Source: Bacteroidales bacterium (GTDB lineage Bacteria; Bacteroidota; Bacteroidia; Bacteroidales; WCHB1-69). Taken from it: a DNA stretch of 64,000 nt. The stretch is from assembly GCA_045598025.1 (NCBI GenBank), contig JAZLLH010000068.1:6234-70233 (forward strand), written 5' to 3'. The notes below the pieces were generated by a model. The model searched no databases. It was given only the letters and a program-made list of their open reading frames with translations, and was not told where the DNA came from. This document shows positions 1-9,893 of the stretch, piece by piece. The position numbers and the translations under genes are program-made. Within the stretch, counting starts at the first letter, position 1. Each line of letters starts with the position of its first letter.

Positions 1-15
1 CATTGAAAATAACAT

Positions 16-44
16 AAAAAATCCCGTGGAAAACGGGATTTTTT
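16..44. terminator. Rho-independent-type hairpin with bidirectional shape
   Basis: 7-bp stem ATCCCGT (21-27) / ACGGGAT (33-39) with a 5-nt loop. Flanked by an A-run (16-20) and a T-run (40-44). Probably ends the gene left of the window. Confidence 0.6.
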
Positions 45-58
45 ATTGAATAATTTTG

Positions 59-66
59 TACCTTTG
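59..66 (+). promoter_or_regulatory. Bacteroidota-type -7 promoter box TAccTTTG upstream of bamD
   Basis: Exact match to the TAnnTTTG consensus, 35 nt upstream of the ATG at 101. Confidence 0.45.
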
Positions 67-100
67 CGCGCGATAAATTACGCAAGGTAAAAAATTGGCT

Positions 101-937
101 ATGATAAGAAAACAGCTTGTCTTTCTTTTTGTTGTATTGTTTTCTCTCTGTGGTGCATCCGGATATGCGCAGCAGTCTAAGGACGCATCGGCTGCCAGAA
201 AATACAAAAAATACAAAACCAAGGAAGCAAAGTACGAGGCAGCCAAGAAGTATTACGGTAAAGGCATGTACCTCACAGCAGCTGAACTGTTGGAGCAGAT
301 TTATCCGCTCTACATGGGAACAGAACAGGGTGATTCCATTCTTTTCCTTTTTGCGGACAGTTACTATCAGAACGGTGATTATCTGATGTCTGCCTTTCAT
401 TTTGCCGATTTTACAAAAAAATACCCCTACTCCTCCCGGGCTGAAGAAGCCGCCTTTCTTTCCGCAAAATCCTATTACATGAACGTTCCGTCCTATAATC
501 TGGATCAGACCGATGCCTACTATGCGAAGGAGGGACTGGAAAACTTTTTGAACTACTTTCCCCAAAGCCGCTTTGCCAACGAATGCAACGACATGTTGGA
601 CACACTGAGGAATCAGTTGGCCCGCAAGGATTTTTCCATAGCGGAAATGTACTACCGCATCGGACAATATGCCGCAGCCCGTATTGCCTTCAAGAATCTC
701 CAGAAGGATTATCCTAATTCCGCATTCACAGAAAAAGCATTGTTCATCATGATGAAGAACGAATACGAATATGCGGTCCACAGCGTTGAATCCAAACAGG
801 CAGAACGCTTTCAGGCCGCCATTGACTGCAAAAACCAGTTGGAAGCCAAATTTCCTTCTTCATCCTATCTTCCGGAAGCGCAGAAACTGATGGAAGAAGC
901 AGTGAAAAAAAGAGATAAGATACTGAAATCCGAATAA
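101..937 (+). CDS. bamD: Outer membrane protein assembly factor BamD (TPR lipoprotein-like)
   Basis: The track ORF starts at TTG 95; I prefer ATG 101. Signal peptide, TPR-like repeats and YfiO/BamD-like sequence, followed by the usual small rpoZ-like gene. Confidence 0.8.
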   Translation: MIRKQLVFLFVVLFSLCGASGYAQQSKDASAARKYKKYKTKEAKYEAAKKYYGKGMYLTAAELLEQIYPLYMGTEQGDSILFLFADSYYQNGDYLMSAFHFADFTKKYPYSSRAEEAAFLSAKSYYMNVPSYNLDQTDAYYAKEGLENFLNYFPQSRFANECNDMLDTLRNQLARKDFSIAEMYYRIGQYAAARIAFKNLQKDYPNSAFTEKALFIMMKNEYEYAVHSVESKQAERFQAAIDCKNQLEAKFPSSSYLPEAQKLMEEAVKKRDKILKSE

Positions 938-962
938 ATCATAAAAAAATTCAAATACCAGC

Positions 963-1283
963 ATGGATTACAAAAAAATCAAGACAGACACCACGGCTGT
1001 CACCCGTGACATCACTCACTTCGACGAACAAACCGGAAACCTCTACGAAAGCGTGGCCGTCCTTTCCAAAAGAGCCAATCAGATTGCCCTGGAACTGAAG
1101 GAAGAACTCAATCACAAATTGGAAGAATTCGGTATCAGCAAGGACACGGGCGATGAAGTGCACGAGAACAAAGAGCAAATCGATCTGGTGCGTCATTATG
1201 AACAACTTCCCAAACCGACATTGATTGCCGTGCAGGAGTTCATGAACAAGGAAATCTATTTCCGCAAAGCTGACGAGGAATAA
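963..1283 (+). CDS. rpoZ: RNA polymerase omega (Rpb6)-like small protein
   Basis: 106-aa acidic protein with the motif NLYESVAVLSKRANQI, in the conserved bamD-rpoZ-coaBC order. Its TAATG stop overlaps the coaBC start. Confidence 0.6.
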   Translation: MDYKKIKTDTTAVTRDITHFDEQTGNLYESVAVLSKRANQIALELKEELNHKLEEFGISKDTGDEVHENKEQIDLVRHYEQLPKPTLIAVQEFMNKEIYFRKADEE

Positions 1284-2485
1284 TGGAAAAAAAACATGTG
1301 CTGATCGGAATAACAGGTGGGATTGCGGCCTATAAAACCTTATCCCTCATCCGTCTGTTTGTCAAATCCGGCTACGAAGTCAAAGTCGTAGCGACGGCAC
1401 ATGCTTTGGAATTCGTCACACCACTTACCATAGAAACACTCAGCAATAACCGTCTGTACTGCGACATGTTCTCACTCCCGGAAGAAAGGCATACGGCCCA
1501 CATTTCCCTGTCAGAATGGTGCGATGTCGCTCTGATTGCCCCCGCCACAGCCAACTGCATCGGCAAACTGGCCTCCGGCATCGCAGACGACATGCTCAGC
1601 ACCACTCTTCTGGCCCTGAACAAACCGCTTTTCATGGCTCCCGCCATGAACGAACGGATGTACTTTCATTTTTCGACGCAGAAAAATCTGGAGTTTCTGA
1701 AAGAGAATGGTGTGCACATCATTGAGCCGACGGAAGGGTTCTTGGCCTGTCAGGCCGAAGGAAAAGGACGGATGGCGGAACCGGAGGAACTTTTCCGAAT
1801 GGTCTCCGACTTTTTGAATCCGGTTACCACACCGCAATACCGCGCCCTGGTAACAGCCGGTCCCACTTATGAGCCTATAGATTCCGTTCGATTCATTGGC
1901 AACCGTTCCTCCGGAAAAATGGGTTATTGCCTAGCCGAATCCCTCGCCAGAAAAGGGGTGGAAGTGTGTCTGGTCAGCGGTCCAAGCCATTTGGAATACA
2001 AACACCCTCTCATTCGGGTGATTCGGGTGGAAACCGCGGAAGAAATGTACCAAGCCTCTGCCCAAAACGTGGAGAATGCCGACATCGTCGTCATGGCCGC
2101 CGCTGTAGCCGACTACCGTCCCGACAATCCAGCCGACCACAAAATCAAAAAATCGGAGAAATCACTGCACATCGAATTACAACCGACAACGGACATACTG
2201 AAGACACTGGCCGCAAAGAAAAAAAAAGGACAGGTGTTCGTCGGATTCGCATTGGAAACCGACCATGAGGAGGAAAACGCCCGCCACAAACTGGAAAGCA
2301 AGAATGCAGACATGATAGTGCTCAATTCGCTTCAGGATTCCGGAGCCGGATTCAATGTACCCACGAATAAAGTCAGCCTGCTTCGCCACAATCGGGAAAC
2401 CGTGCGGCTTCCTCTTTTATCCAAGGAGGAAACAGCGGATCGCATTGTCAGTGAAATATTTGAAACATTAATCACGGAAAAATGA
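1283..2485 (+). CDS. coaBC: Bifunctional phosphopantothenoylcysteine decarboxylase / phosphopantothenate-cysteine ligase
   Basis: 400 aa. N-terminal flavoprotein motif GITGGIAAYK, and a C-terminal DFP domain (ITAGPT-like VTAGPTYEPID, NRSSGKMG). Confidence 0.95.
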   Translation: MEKKHVLIGITGGIAAYKTLSLIRLFVKSGYEVKVVATAHALEFVTPLTIETLSNNRLYCDMFSLPEERHTAHISLSEWCDVALIAPATANCIGKLASGIADDMLSTTLLALNKPLFMAPAMNERMYFHFSTQKNLEFLKENGVHIIEPTEGFLACQAEGKGRMAEPEELFRMVSDFLNPVTTPQYRALVTAGPTYEPIDSVRFIGNRSSGKMGYCLAESLARKGVEVCLVSGPSHLEYKHPLIRVIRVETAEEMYQASAQNVENADIVVMAAAVADYRPDNPADHKIKKSEKSLHIELQPTTDILKTLAAKKKKGQVFVGFALETDHEEENARHKLESKNADMIVLNSLQDSGAGFNVPTNKVSLLRHNRETVRLPLLSKEETADRIVSEIFETLITEK

Positions 2486-3378
2486 GAATTGCAAAGTTGT
2501 GTGTATGCCTGTTTTTGCTGGGATGCAGCCTTTCTGTTTCCGCCCAAGAGCTGAAGGCACATGTTACCATCAACACCAAAAGTCTGCAGGGCGCAGATGC
2601 AGCCCTTTTTTCCAATCTGGAGCAGGAAATGACAACCTTTCTCAATGAAAGACGGTGGACCGGCTACACCTTCAAACAAGAAGAAAAAATCAACTGCAAC
2701 GTGCAATTGATTTTGGACGGCAAGGATGGAGATAACTATTCGGGCCACCTGATTTTCCAGATGAGCAGACCGGTATTCAATTCCACTTACGCATCCAATC
2801 TGGTTACCCTTCAGGATAATGAAGTCAAATTTCCCTATTCTTCGTCCCAATCCTTTGATTACGACGAAAACAGCTTCATGTGGAACCTTTCGGCTGTACT
2901 GGGATTCTACGTCAATTATGCCTTGGGAATCTTTTTTGACTCCTTTTCTCTTCAGGGAGGTTCTTCCTTTTACGATCATTGTCAGACCATCATCAACTAC
3001 TCCATTGGACGTTCAGAAGGATGGGACGGCAAAGACAGCCGCAATAAACGGAACCGCTACTGGCTATGGGAAAACATCACCAACCCTTCCTATTCCGCAT
3101 ACCGCGAATTCCTGTACAATTACCATCGACAAGGAATGGACTACCTTTCCTCTGACCTGAACAAAGGAGTCAGTACCATACTGAATTGTCTGAACAAACT
3201 GCAGGAATTGGACAAAACCAAAAAGAATCTCTACGTTACTTCCCTATTGGTCACATCCAAAAGTACGGAACTGGTAAATGTGTTTTCCGGAGCACCTGAA
3301 GAACAACGAAAAGAGGCTAAAAACCTGTTGATACTATTGGACCCCGCCAACGCAAACAAATATTCCAGACTGGAATAA
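2482..3378 (+). CDS. DUF4835-like secreted protein
   Basis: 298 aa with a signal peptide. ATGA overlap with coaBC. It sits in the coaBC-X-recN position typical of Bacteroidota. Confidence 0.6.
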   Translation: MRIAKLCVCLFLLGCSLSVSAQELKAHVTINTKSLQGADAALFSNLEQEMTTFLNERRWTGYTFKQEEKINCNVQLILDGKDGDNYSGHLIFQMSRPVFNSTYASNLVTLQDNEVKFPYSSSQSFDYDENSFMWNLSAVLGFYVNYALGIFFDSFSLQGGSSFYDHCQTIINYSIGRSEGWDGKDSRNKRNRYWLWENITNPSYSAYREFLYNYHRQGMDYLSSDLNKGVSTILNCLNKLQELDKTKKNLYVTSLLVTSKSTELVNVFSGAPEEQRKEAKNLLILLDPANANKYSRLE

Positions 3379-3399
3379 CCCCATACACACACCGACTCT

Positions 3400-5076
3400 A
3401 TGCTGCAGCATCTTACTATTGACAACTACACCATCATTGACCACCTTTCTGTCGCATTTGATGAGGGATTTACGGTCATCACAGGAGAAACCGGAGCCGG
3501 TAAATCCATACTGCTGGGAGCCTTATCTCTTGTGCTGGGTCAAAGGGCCGACACCGGCGTCCTGCGGGACAAAACGAAAAAAAGCGTTGTGGAAGCGGAA
3601 TTCCACATCAGCGGATACGGGCTGCAGGAGTTTTTTCTTTCGCACGACCTCGATTATGACGACTTCTGTCTGCTCCGACGGGAAATTACACCTCAAGAGA
3701 AGTCCAGAGCCTTCATCAATGACACACCCGTATCCCTGTCTATACTCCGCGAACTGGCCGAACGCCTGGTAGACATACACTCCCAGTATGGGAACCTTCT
3801 ATTGAAGAACAAACACTTTCAGTTACAGATCATTGATCAGTACGCACACCTGCAGGAACAGACGGCATCCTATCGGAATGCCTTCGGAGAATACATCTCC
3901 TTGCAGCAGGAACTTCGGCTTCTCATGGAAAAAAGCGGACTGTCAGATACGGACTATCTGGATTTTTTGGGAAAGGAACTGGATGAAGCCCGACTGAGGG
4001 AAGGCGAGCAACAAAGTCTGGAAGACGAATTGGACTCTTTGAACCATGCAGAGGAAATCAAACAAAAACTGTTTGCTTCCAGTCAACAGCTTGCCGATGG
4101 GGATGACAACATTCTCAATGCCTTGCAGAATATACAGCATCAGATACAACAAGCCTCCCGACACCGGGCTTCCCTGAGAGAACTGGGGGAACGTCTGGAT
4201 AGTTTATGCATTGAATTGGAAGATGTTTCGTCCGAAATAGAACAGGAACAGGAGAAAATTTCCTATTCTCCGCAAAGAGCCGATGAAGTCAGGGAAAGAC
4301 TGGACTTCCTATATGGGCTGCAACAAAAACACCACGTAAACGACGAAAAAGGATTGCTGGAAAAGCAGGACGAAATCCGGCAGAAACTGCTGGACGCAGA
4401 CAGATTCGCCGAAAAAAAGGAAGAGCTATTGCAGCGCATCAGCGAAAAGGAAAAAGAACTGGAAATACAGGCTGCCGAACTGCATCGGAAGCGACAGTCT
4501 GCCATACCGGATATGCAGCAGGCCCTGCTGCTTCAATTGAAAAGAATGAACATGTCCCATGCCAGGGCCGCAATTCACTTGGAGCAGACAACTATCGGTG
4601 AAAACGGGACAGATGAGGCACGCTTTCTGTTTTCGGCCAATGCCGGTACGGAATTGGCCGACCTGTCAAGAATCGCATCCGGAGGAGAAATTTCCAGGAT
4701 CATGCTGGCTGTCAAAGCATTGATTTCTCAAAAAAACATACTTCCTACCATTCTGTTCGATGAAATAGACAACGGCGTTTCGGGAGAAGTATCTGCCAAA
4801 ATGGCCGATGTTATGCGAGATGTCGCCCGATACAGCCAGGTTATGGTCATCAGCCACCAGGCCCAGATTGCAGCCAAAGCCCATCATCACTATCAGGTCT
4901 ACAAGGAAACTTCCGATGACCAGACACTATCCCATATCCGTCGCCTGGATAATGCAGAAAGTATCAGGGAAATCGCCCGCATGCTCGGGAACGGCACTTT
5001 AACCGAAGCTTCCCTGCTGATGGCCCGTTCCCTGCAGGAAAAGCCCTGCGACGCGGATTCCAGGAAAGAAGAATAA
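3400..5076 (+). CDS. recN: DNA repair protein RecN
   Basis: 558 aa with Walker A GETGAGKS, a long coiled-coil middle, and a C-terminal ASGGEISR signature plus Walker B ILFDEID. Confidence 0.95.
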   Translation: MLQHLTIDNYTIIDHLSVAFDEGFTVITGETGAGKSILLGALSLVLGQRADTGVLRDKTKKSVVEAEFHISGYGLQEFFLSHDLDYDDFCLLRREITPQEKSRAFINDTPVSLSILRELAERLVDIHSQYGNLLLKNKHFQLQIIDQYAHLQEQTASYRNAFGEYISLQQELRLLMEKSGLSDTDYLDFLGKELDEARLREGEQQSLEDELDSLNHAEEIKQKLFASSQQLADGDDNILNALQNIQHQIQQASRHRASLRELGERLDSLCIELEDVSSEIEQEQEKISYSPQRADEVRERLDFLYGLQQKHHVNDEKGLLEKQDEIRQKLLDADRFAEKKEELLQRISEKEKELEIQAAELHRKRQSAIPDMQQALLLQLKRMNMSHARAAIHLEQTTIGENGTDEARFLFSANAGTELADLSRIASGGEISRIMLAVKALISQKNILPTILFDEIDNGVSGEVSAKMADVMRDVARYSQVMVISHQAQIAAKAHHHYQVYKETSDDQTLSHIRRLDNAESIREIARMLGNGTLTEASLLMARSLQEKPCDADSRKEE

Positions 5077-5186
5077 ATTCCAAAAAAAGCACCCTGCAAA
5101 TCGGAAAGGCTTAGGATAAATCCAAAGTATTTTCACTCAATATTATTATTTTTAGGAAATTGCACGTTGAAAATTTATTTCTTGAT

Positions 5187-5221
5187 TTTGTCCGAAGCAA
5201 GCATTTTTTTTACTACTTTTG
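5187..5221 (+). promoter_or_regulatory. Promoter for tRNA-fMet (-33 TTTG and -7 TActTTTG)
   Basis: TTTG at 5187-5190 and TACTTTTG at 5214-5221, ending 14 nt before the tRNA 5' end. Confidence 0.55.
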
Positions 5222-5235
5222 CAAACAGAAAACAT

Positions 5236-5307
<72 letters not shown>

Positions 5308-5355
5308 CTAAGCAAATCCGCCAATTGCACTTGTGCATCGGCATTACGTAAATAT

Positions 5356-6030
5356 ATGCATATGAAACGTCATTGGGTCGTAGTTCTGACCGTGGTCATT
5401 GCCTTTTTGACCGCATCACCGTCTGTTCAGGCGCAGCGTAATAACACTCCCAGAACAAAGACCTGGGGGCCGACGTTTATTACCAGCCCTGTTTTTTTAC
5501 ACGGTTTCGGAGACATTCATATCGGTAATCGGGATTTTACCAATAAGATTTCCATAGCTGGCGTATCCCAGTTCGTCGGATACCAGTTTTCACCCATCGT
5601 CATTGTCGGTTTGGGTGCAGGCTTTGAATATTGGACCAATTGCCGGAATGCATTTGTCCCCATCTACGCTGACCTTCGCATCAACATGGGTAAAGGTCCT
5701 TTGGCCCCACAATGGTATTTGAATGTAGGATTTGCCAACCGTTGGTACTTCAATTCCACGCCTTATGTATCGGACAAACAGGGCAACAGTTCTACCTACC
5801 TCATTCACGGTGACCGGTCCGGAATCATGGCAGAAACGGGTTTGGGCATCAAGGCTCAGATTTCCGATAATGCAGCCATCATTCTTTCGGGCGTAGTCAA
5901 ATTTCAGGAAACTTCTGTCAAATACTACGCAGGCGAGGAAGAACTGACCAACATGAAACCGCTCCTCGTCAATACTAGCGAACACAACTGGTACACCTTT
6001 GCTGGTATACGGGCGGGAATCGTATTTTAA
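5356..6030 (+). CDS. Small outer-membrane beta-barrel protein (unknown function)
   Basis: I moved the start to ATG 5356 because track start 5281 overlaps the tRNA. Signal peptide ends ...SVQAQ. Alternating beta-strand pattern with a C-terminal aromatic residue (…AGIVF). Confidence 0.65.
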   Translation: MHMKRHWVVVLTVVIAFLTASPSVQAQRNNTPRTKTWGPTFITSPVFLHGFGDIHIGNRDFTNKISIAGVSQFVGYQFSPIVIVGLGAGFEYWTNCRNAFVPIYADLRINMGKGPLAPQWYLNVGFANRWYFNSTPYVSDKQGNSSTYLIHGDRSGIMAETGLGIKAQISDNAAIILSGVVKFQETSVKYYAGEEELTNMKPLLVNTSEHNWYTFAGIRAGIVF

Positions 6031-6031
6031 A

Positions 6032-6850
6032 ATGAAGAAGAACCTCTTTTTTCTTCTGCTACTCTCCCTTTTTTGCTGCATTTCCTGCGTTTCCAAGAAA
6101 AAATATCTGGCCTGCGAGTCCGAGCGAAACTACTTGGACGGGCAATGCATACGCCAACGGAAATCCCTTGATACACTGAATGTGGAACTGCAAAAAAAAC
6201 AATTGCAGGTGGATGGACTGATGAGAGACACCCTTCGTAGGGCCATACAGTTCAGGCACATGATGGAAGATCTGAACAAAACTCAAAACCTGCTGACTTC
6301 CAGCAAGAAAGAATTAAACGAACGATTGAGTGAACTCCAACAGAAACAAGCCGGCATTCAGAAACTGCAACGCCGTTACCATGCCTATAAAGACAGTTTG
6401 GACTGCTGGAGGAATGAATTTCTCCAAGTCATGGATTCCCTATCTTCCACCGACTCGGCATATAAGGAAATTCGCCTTGACATTCGGGATCGCGACATAC
6501 AGCTCTTGGCTCCAGAATCCCTGTTTTTCTCCGCCACCAACAAGAATTTCATTTCTGCAAGAGGAAAAAACATCTGCTCTGTCATAGCCAACATGATGCT
6601 TCAGCATCCCGGCATGATGACCAGAATCGATGTGCCCGCAGCGCAGGAATCCGCCCCTGCCGTACTGAAGGAAAATATGGACAAATCCTCCGTCAGAGCC
6701 GCATCCATATGCCGATATCTGGTTATGGAACTGCATGTTTCCGAAGGATGCCTGACCGCCGGAACTTCCATTCAGCCTAACTCCGGCAACATCAGTTTCC
6801 TTTTGTACGGAAATACAGACCACATATTTGAACACATCGAAAAACTCTGA
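6032..6850 (+). CDS. Lipoprotein with coiled coil and degenerate OmpA-like C-terminal domain
   Basis: ATG 6032 gives MKKNLFFLLLLSLFCCISC, a lipobox. Central heptad-rich region. C-terminal similarity to OmpA_C (…NMDKSSVRAASICRYL…) but the usual GHTD segment is missing. Confidence 0.55.
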   Translation: MKKNLFFLLLLSLFCCISCVSKKKYLACESERNYLDGQCIRQRKSLDTLNVELQKKQLQVDGLMRDTLRRAIQFRHMMEDLNKTQNLLTSSKKELNERLSELQQKQAGIQKLQRRYHAYKDSLDCWRNEFLQVMDSLSSTDSAYKEIRLDIRDRDIQLLAPESLFFSATNKNFISARGKNICSVIANMMLQHPGMMTRIDVPAAQESAPAVLKENMDKSSVRAASICRYLVMELHVSEGCLTAGTSIQPNSGNISFLLYGNTDHIFEHIEKL

Positions 6851-6852
6851 TT

Positions 6853-8979
6853 ATGAAAAAGACAGCCATTATCTTCACCTTGCTGCTGCTTTCGGTCTAT
6901 CCGATGAAAGCAGACGAAGGCATGTGGATTCCCATGTTGCTGGGCAAAAACGAAGCGGACATGCAAAAAGCCGGCATGCACATCTCAGCCAAAGATATTT
7001 ACGATATTAATCATGCCTGCCTGAAAGACGCCGTCATCCTTTTTAACCAGGGATGCACGGGAGAATACGTTTCCGACCAGGGTCTCTTCCTAACCAACCA
7101 CCACTGCGGCTATTACTACATTACCAGCAACAGCACCGTGGAACACGATTACCTTACACACGGATTCTGGGCCATGAACCGCTCCCAAGAAATACCTTGC
7201 AAAGGATTGACAGCCACCCGTCTTGTCCGTATGGAAGATGTAACAGAAAAAGTGCTGTCTGAAATCAATGAGCAGATGGACGAAAACGAACGCAAGGCGC
7301 TGATTGAAAATCACATTCAACAAATCACAGACGAAGCTGTCAAAGGCACGCATTACACTGCCATCATCAAACCTTTCTACTACGGAAACCAGTATTTCAT
7401 GTACATCAATGAAGTATTTACGGATGTTCGCCTGGTGGGTGCACCCCCTTCCAATATCGGTAAATTCGGTGGAGATACTGATAACTGGATGTGGCCCCGT
7501 CATACCGGTGATTTCTCCATGTTCCGCGTCTACGCTGACAAGGATAACAGGCCGGCACCTTATTCAGCGGACAATGTACCATACAAACCGCTGAAGCACT
7601 TCACCATTTCCATGAAGGGAGTAGATGAAGGCGATTTTACCTTCGTATTCGGTTATCCCGGAAGTACCCAGCGTTACGTCACTTCCGATGCGATCGAACT
7701 GGCTGCAAACGTGGAAAATCCCATCCGCATCGCTTTACGCGATATCCGCTTGAAATATTACAACCAAGCCATGAATCAGGATGCAGCCCAACGCCTGAAA
7801 TACGCTTCCCGTGTAGCCTCCATTGCCAATGGATGGAAAAAATGGCAGGGTGAGACTCAGGGCATCAACCGTCTCAATGCTGTGGCTCAGAAACAGGAAT
7901 TTGAAAAACAATACCAGCAATGGGCCGAACAACATGCCGAATACAAGGAGGTACTTCCCCGACTGAGGGAATGCTATCAGCAATTGAAAGCAGTGGACAT
8001 TGAACTGACCTATTTCAGCGAGGCCGTCAAGGCTTCGGACTTTATGAACCGTGCAGCAGAACTGTACGCTCTTTCCAGCGAACACGACACGGCCGTCATT
8101 CGCAGCACAGTGGACAAACTGCTTCAAAGCAACGACAAATATTTCAGCGATTTTGAAAAGCACAGTCCCGTGGACAAAGGCATATTCGTTGAGACATACC
8201 TGCACATGTGGAGAGCTGGCTACGCCCCCTACTTAGACAAGAAATGCAAAGGAGAATCCGAAGTAAAAGCGCTGCTGGAAAACACGTACGACCGCTCCAT
8301 GTTGACAAACAAGGCGAAACTGATGGCGTTTCTGAAAAACTACAGGGAAAAAGACCGTTCCAAACTGAAACAAGACCTGGGCGTAGACCTGTACGCTATC
8401 GCCGAAGTACTTAATTATTCTAAGGAAAAACGGGATACCTACAACCGACTGCAGACCGAGATACAGCATCAGATGCGCATCTATACCAAAGGAATGATGG
8501 AAATGATGCCTGACAGCAATTTCTTTCCTGATGCCAATCTGACCCTGAGAGTAGCTTACGGACACGTTGCCGGATTCCGGCCGAAAGACGGCGTTTACTA
8601 CAAGCCCTACAGCACGCTGGAAGGCATTATGCAGAAAGAAAATCCGGACATCTACGATTATGTGGTGGAATCCAGATTGAAAGAACTGTATCAAAACAAA
8701 GATTATGGACAATATGCCAATAGCAAAGGCGAACTGCCAGTCGGATTCATTGCGACCAACCATACCACCGGAGGCAACTCGGGAAGTCCCGTCATCAACG
8801 CGGACGGACAATTGGTCGGCATTAATTTCGACCGGTGCTGGGAAGGCACCATGAGCGACCTGCTTTTCGATCCGGACTACTGCCGCAACATCAGCCTGGA
8901 TATCCGGTACTGCCTGTTCATCATTGACAAGTTTGCAGGAGCAGGCCATTTGACAGATGAAATGACCCTCGTAAAATAA
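6853..8979 (+). CDS. S46 family dipeptidyl-peptidase (DPP7/DPP11 family; DPP11-like S1 determinant)
   Basis: 708 aa. N-terminus after the signal peptide is ADEGMWIP, with TNHHC (His) and GGNSGSPV (Ser) motifs. Arg lies 18 residues after the catalytic Ser (NFDRCWEG). Confidence 0.9.
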   Translation: MKKTAIIFTLLLLSVYPMKADEGMWIPMLLGKNEADMQKAGMHISAKDIYDINHACLKDAVILFNQGCTGEYVSDQGLFLTNHHCGYYYITSNSTVEHDYLTHGFWAMNRSQEIPCKGLTATRLVRMEDVTEKVLSEINEQMDENERKALIENHIQQITDEAVKGTHYTAIIKPFYYGNQYFMYINEVFTDVRLVGAPPSNIGKFGGDTDNWMWPRHTGDFSMFRVYADKDNRPAPYSADNVPYKPLKHFTISMKGVDEGDFTFVFGYPGSTQRYVTSDAIELAANVENPIRIALRDIRLKYYNQAMNQDAAQRLKYASRVASIANGWKKWQGETQGINRLNAVAQKQEFEKQYQQWAEQHAEYKEVLPRLRECYQQLKAVDIELTYFSEAVKASDFMNRAAELYALSSEHDTAVIRSTVDKLLQSNDKYFSDFEKHSPVDKGIFVETYLHMWRAGYAPYLDKKCKGESEVKALLENTYDRSMLTNKAKLMAFLKNYREKDRSKLKQDLGVDLYAIAEVLNYSKEKRDTYNRLQTEIQHQMRIYTKGMMEMMPDSNFFPDANLTLRVAYGHVAGFRPKDGVYYKPYSTLEGIMQKENPDIYDYVVESRLKELYQNKDYGQYANSKGELPVGFIATNHTTGGNSGSPVINADGQLVGINFDRCWEGTMSDLLFDPDYCRNISLDIRYCLFIIDKFAGAGHLTDEMTLVK

Positions 8980-8985
8980 AACACC

Positions 8986-9663
8986 ATGGAAAAAGAAGAA
9001 AAAACATTGGAACTCTGCCGGCAACTGCACGAGAAAAACAATTTGAAACGAAATGCCTACCTGCAGGCCGAAGCCGGGTTCGAATTACTGAAAACGGAAG
9101 CCGGACTGTTTGTGGAAAGTTTTCACCAGTCCCAACCGGACTCTCCCATCGAAGTGCATTTCAACAGCAAACAGGAAAAATGTTTTTCACTGCAGTTCGG
9201 CAGCGATATCCTCTACTTTGTCCTGCACAGCAACACTTTTGAATTCAATCGGGACCACGAAGTATTCAAACTGCCGTATATCAAGGAAGACAAGACACGC
9301 TCCTACTGTGGCATGATCAATATCTACAATTTTCTGACAGATTCCGTACTCTACAACCGCTACAACGATGCCGGATACCTTGTAGGCCGTCTGTTTGTCA
9401 ATGCCGAAAATCATTACTACATTGACGGGAAAAAGGAAATCGGACAAATCTACAACAATTTTGCCGACAACACCTTTGATGAAAACGCCGTTCGACTGAT
9501 TATTGAAGCAGCCGTCCAATATTCCATCGGATTCGATTTGCTGGTTCCTCCCTACGAATCGGTGAAAGAAATCAGCGTCATGGACATGGTAGAAATAGAC
9601 AATCAGCACGCTCCAATTCGCACAGCGAAACGTTTAGGATTTCGTTTTCAAGCAGATATGTAA
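8986..9663 (+). CDS. Hypothetical cytoplasmic protein
   Basis: 225-aa ORF, 6 nt after the S46 gene. No signal peptide and no motif I recognise. Confidence 0.55.
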   Translation: MEKEEKTLELCRQLHEKNNLKRNAYLQAEAGFELLKTEAGLFVESFHQSQPDSPIEVHFNSKQEKCFSLQFGSDILYFVLHSNTFEFNRDHEVFKLPYIKEDKTRSYCGMINIYNFLTDSVLYNRYNDAGYLVGRLFVNAENHYYIDGKKEIGQIYNNFADNTFDENAVRLIIEAAVQYSIGFDLLVPPYESVKEISVMDMVEIDNQHAPIRTAKRLGFRFQADM

Positions 9664-9710
9664 TAGATATTTTTTTTCACAGAATATCCTATTCATATTG
9701 ATTTTTTGTC

Positions 9711-9718
9711 TACTTTTG
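9711..9718 (+). promoter_or_regulatory. -7 box TActTTTG upstream of tRNA-Glu
   Basis: Exact TAnnTTTG match, 46 nt before the tRNA 5' end. Confidence 0.45.
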
Positions 9719-9764
9719 CATCCGATTCCAACGGAGATATTTCCGGTCGAAATCAGATAAAATC

Positions 9765-9839
9765 GGTCAGTTCGTCTAGGGGCTAGGACATAAGATTTTC
9801 ATTCTTACAACAGGGGTTCGATTCCCCTACTGACTACCA
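9765..9839 (+). tRNA. tRNA-Glu (anticodon TTC)
   Basis: Hand-folded cloverleaf. Anticodon stem TAAGA/TCTTA with loop TTTTCAT, T-arm AGGGG-TTCGATT-CCCCT, and an encoded 3' CCA. Confidence 0.9.
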
Positions 9840-9840
9840 G

Positions 9841-9871
9841 AGGGAATTTGCTATACAAATTCCCTTTTTTT
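9841..9871 (+). terminator. Rho-independent terminator after tRNA-Glu
   Basis: Perfect 10-bp stem AGGGAATTTG (9841-9850) / CAAATTCCCT (9856-9865) with a 5-nt loop, followed by a T-run. Confidence 0.8.
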
Positions 9872-9893
9872 GGTTATAACTAAATTCGCTGAC

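Noticed and set aside
9870-9893. TTG start for the acyltransferase gene.
   Set aside because: It lies in the T-run of the tRNA-Glu terminator. ATG 9894 is more plausible.
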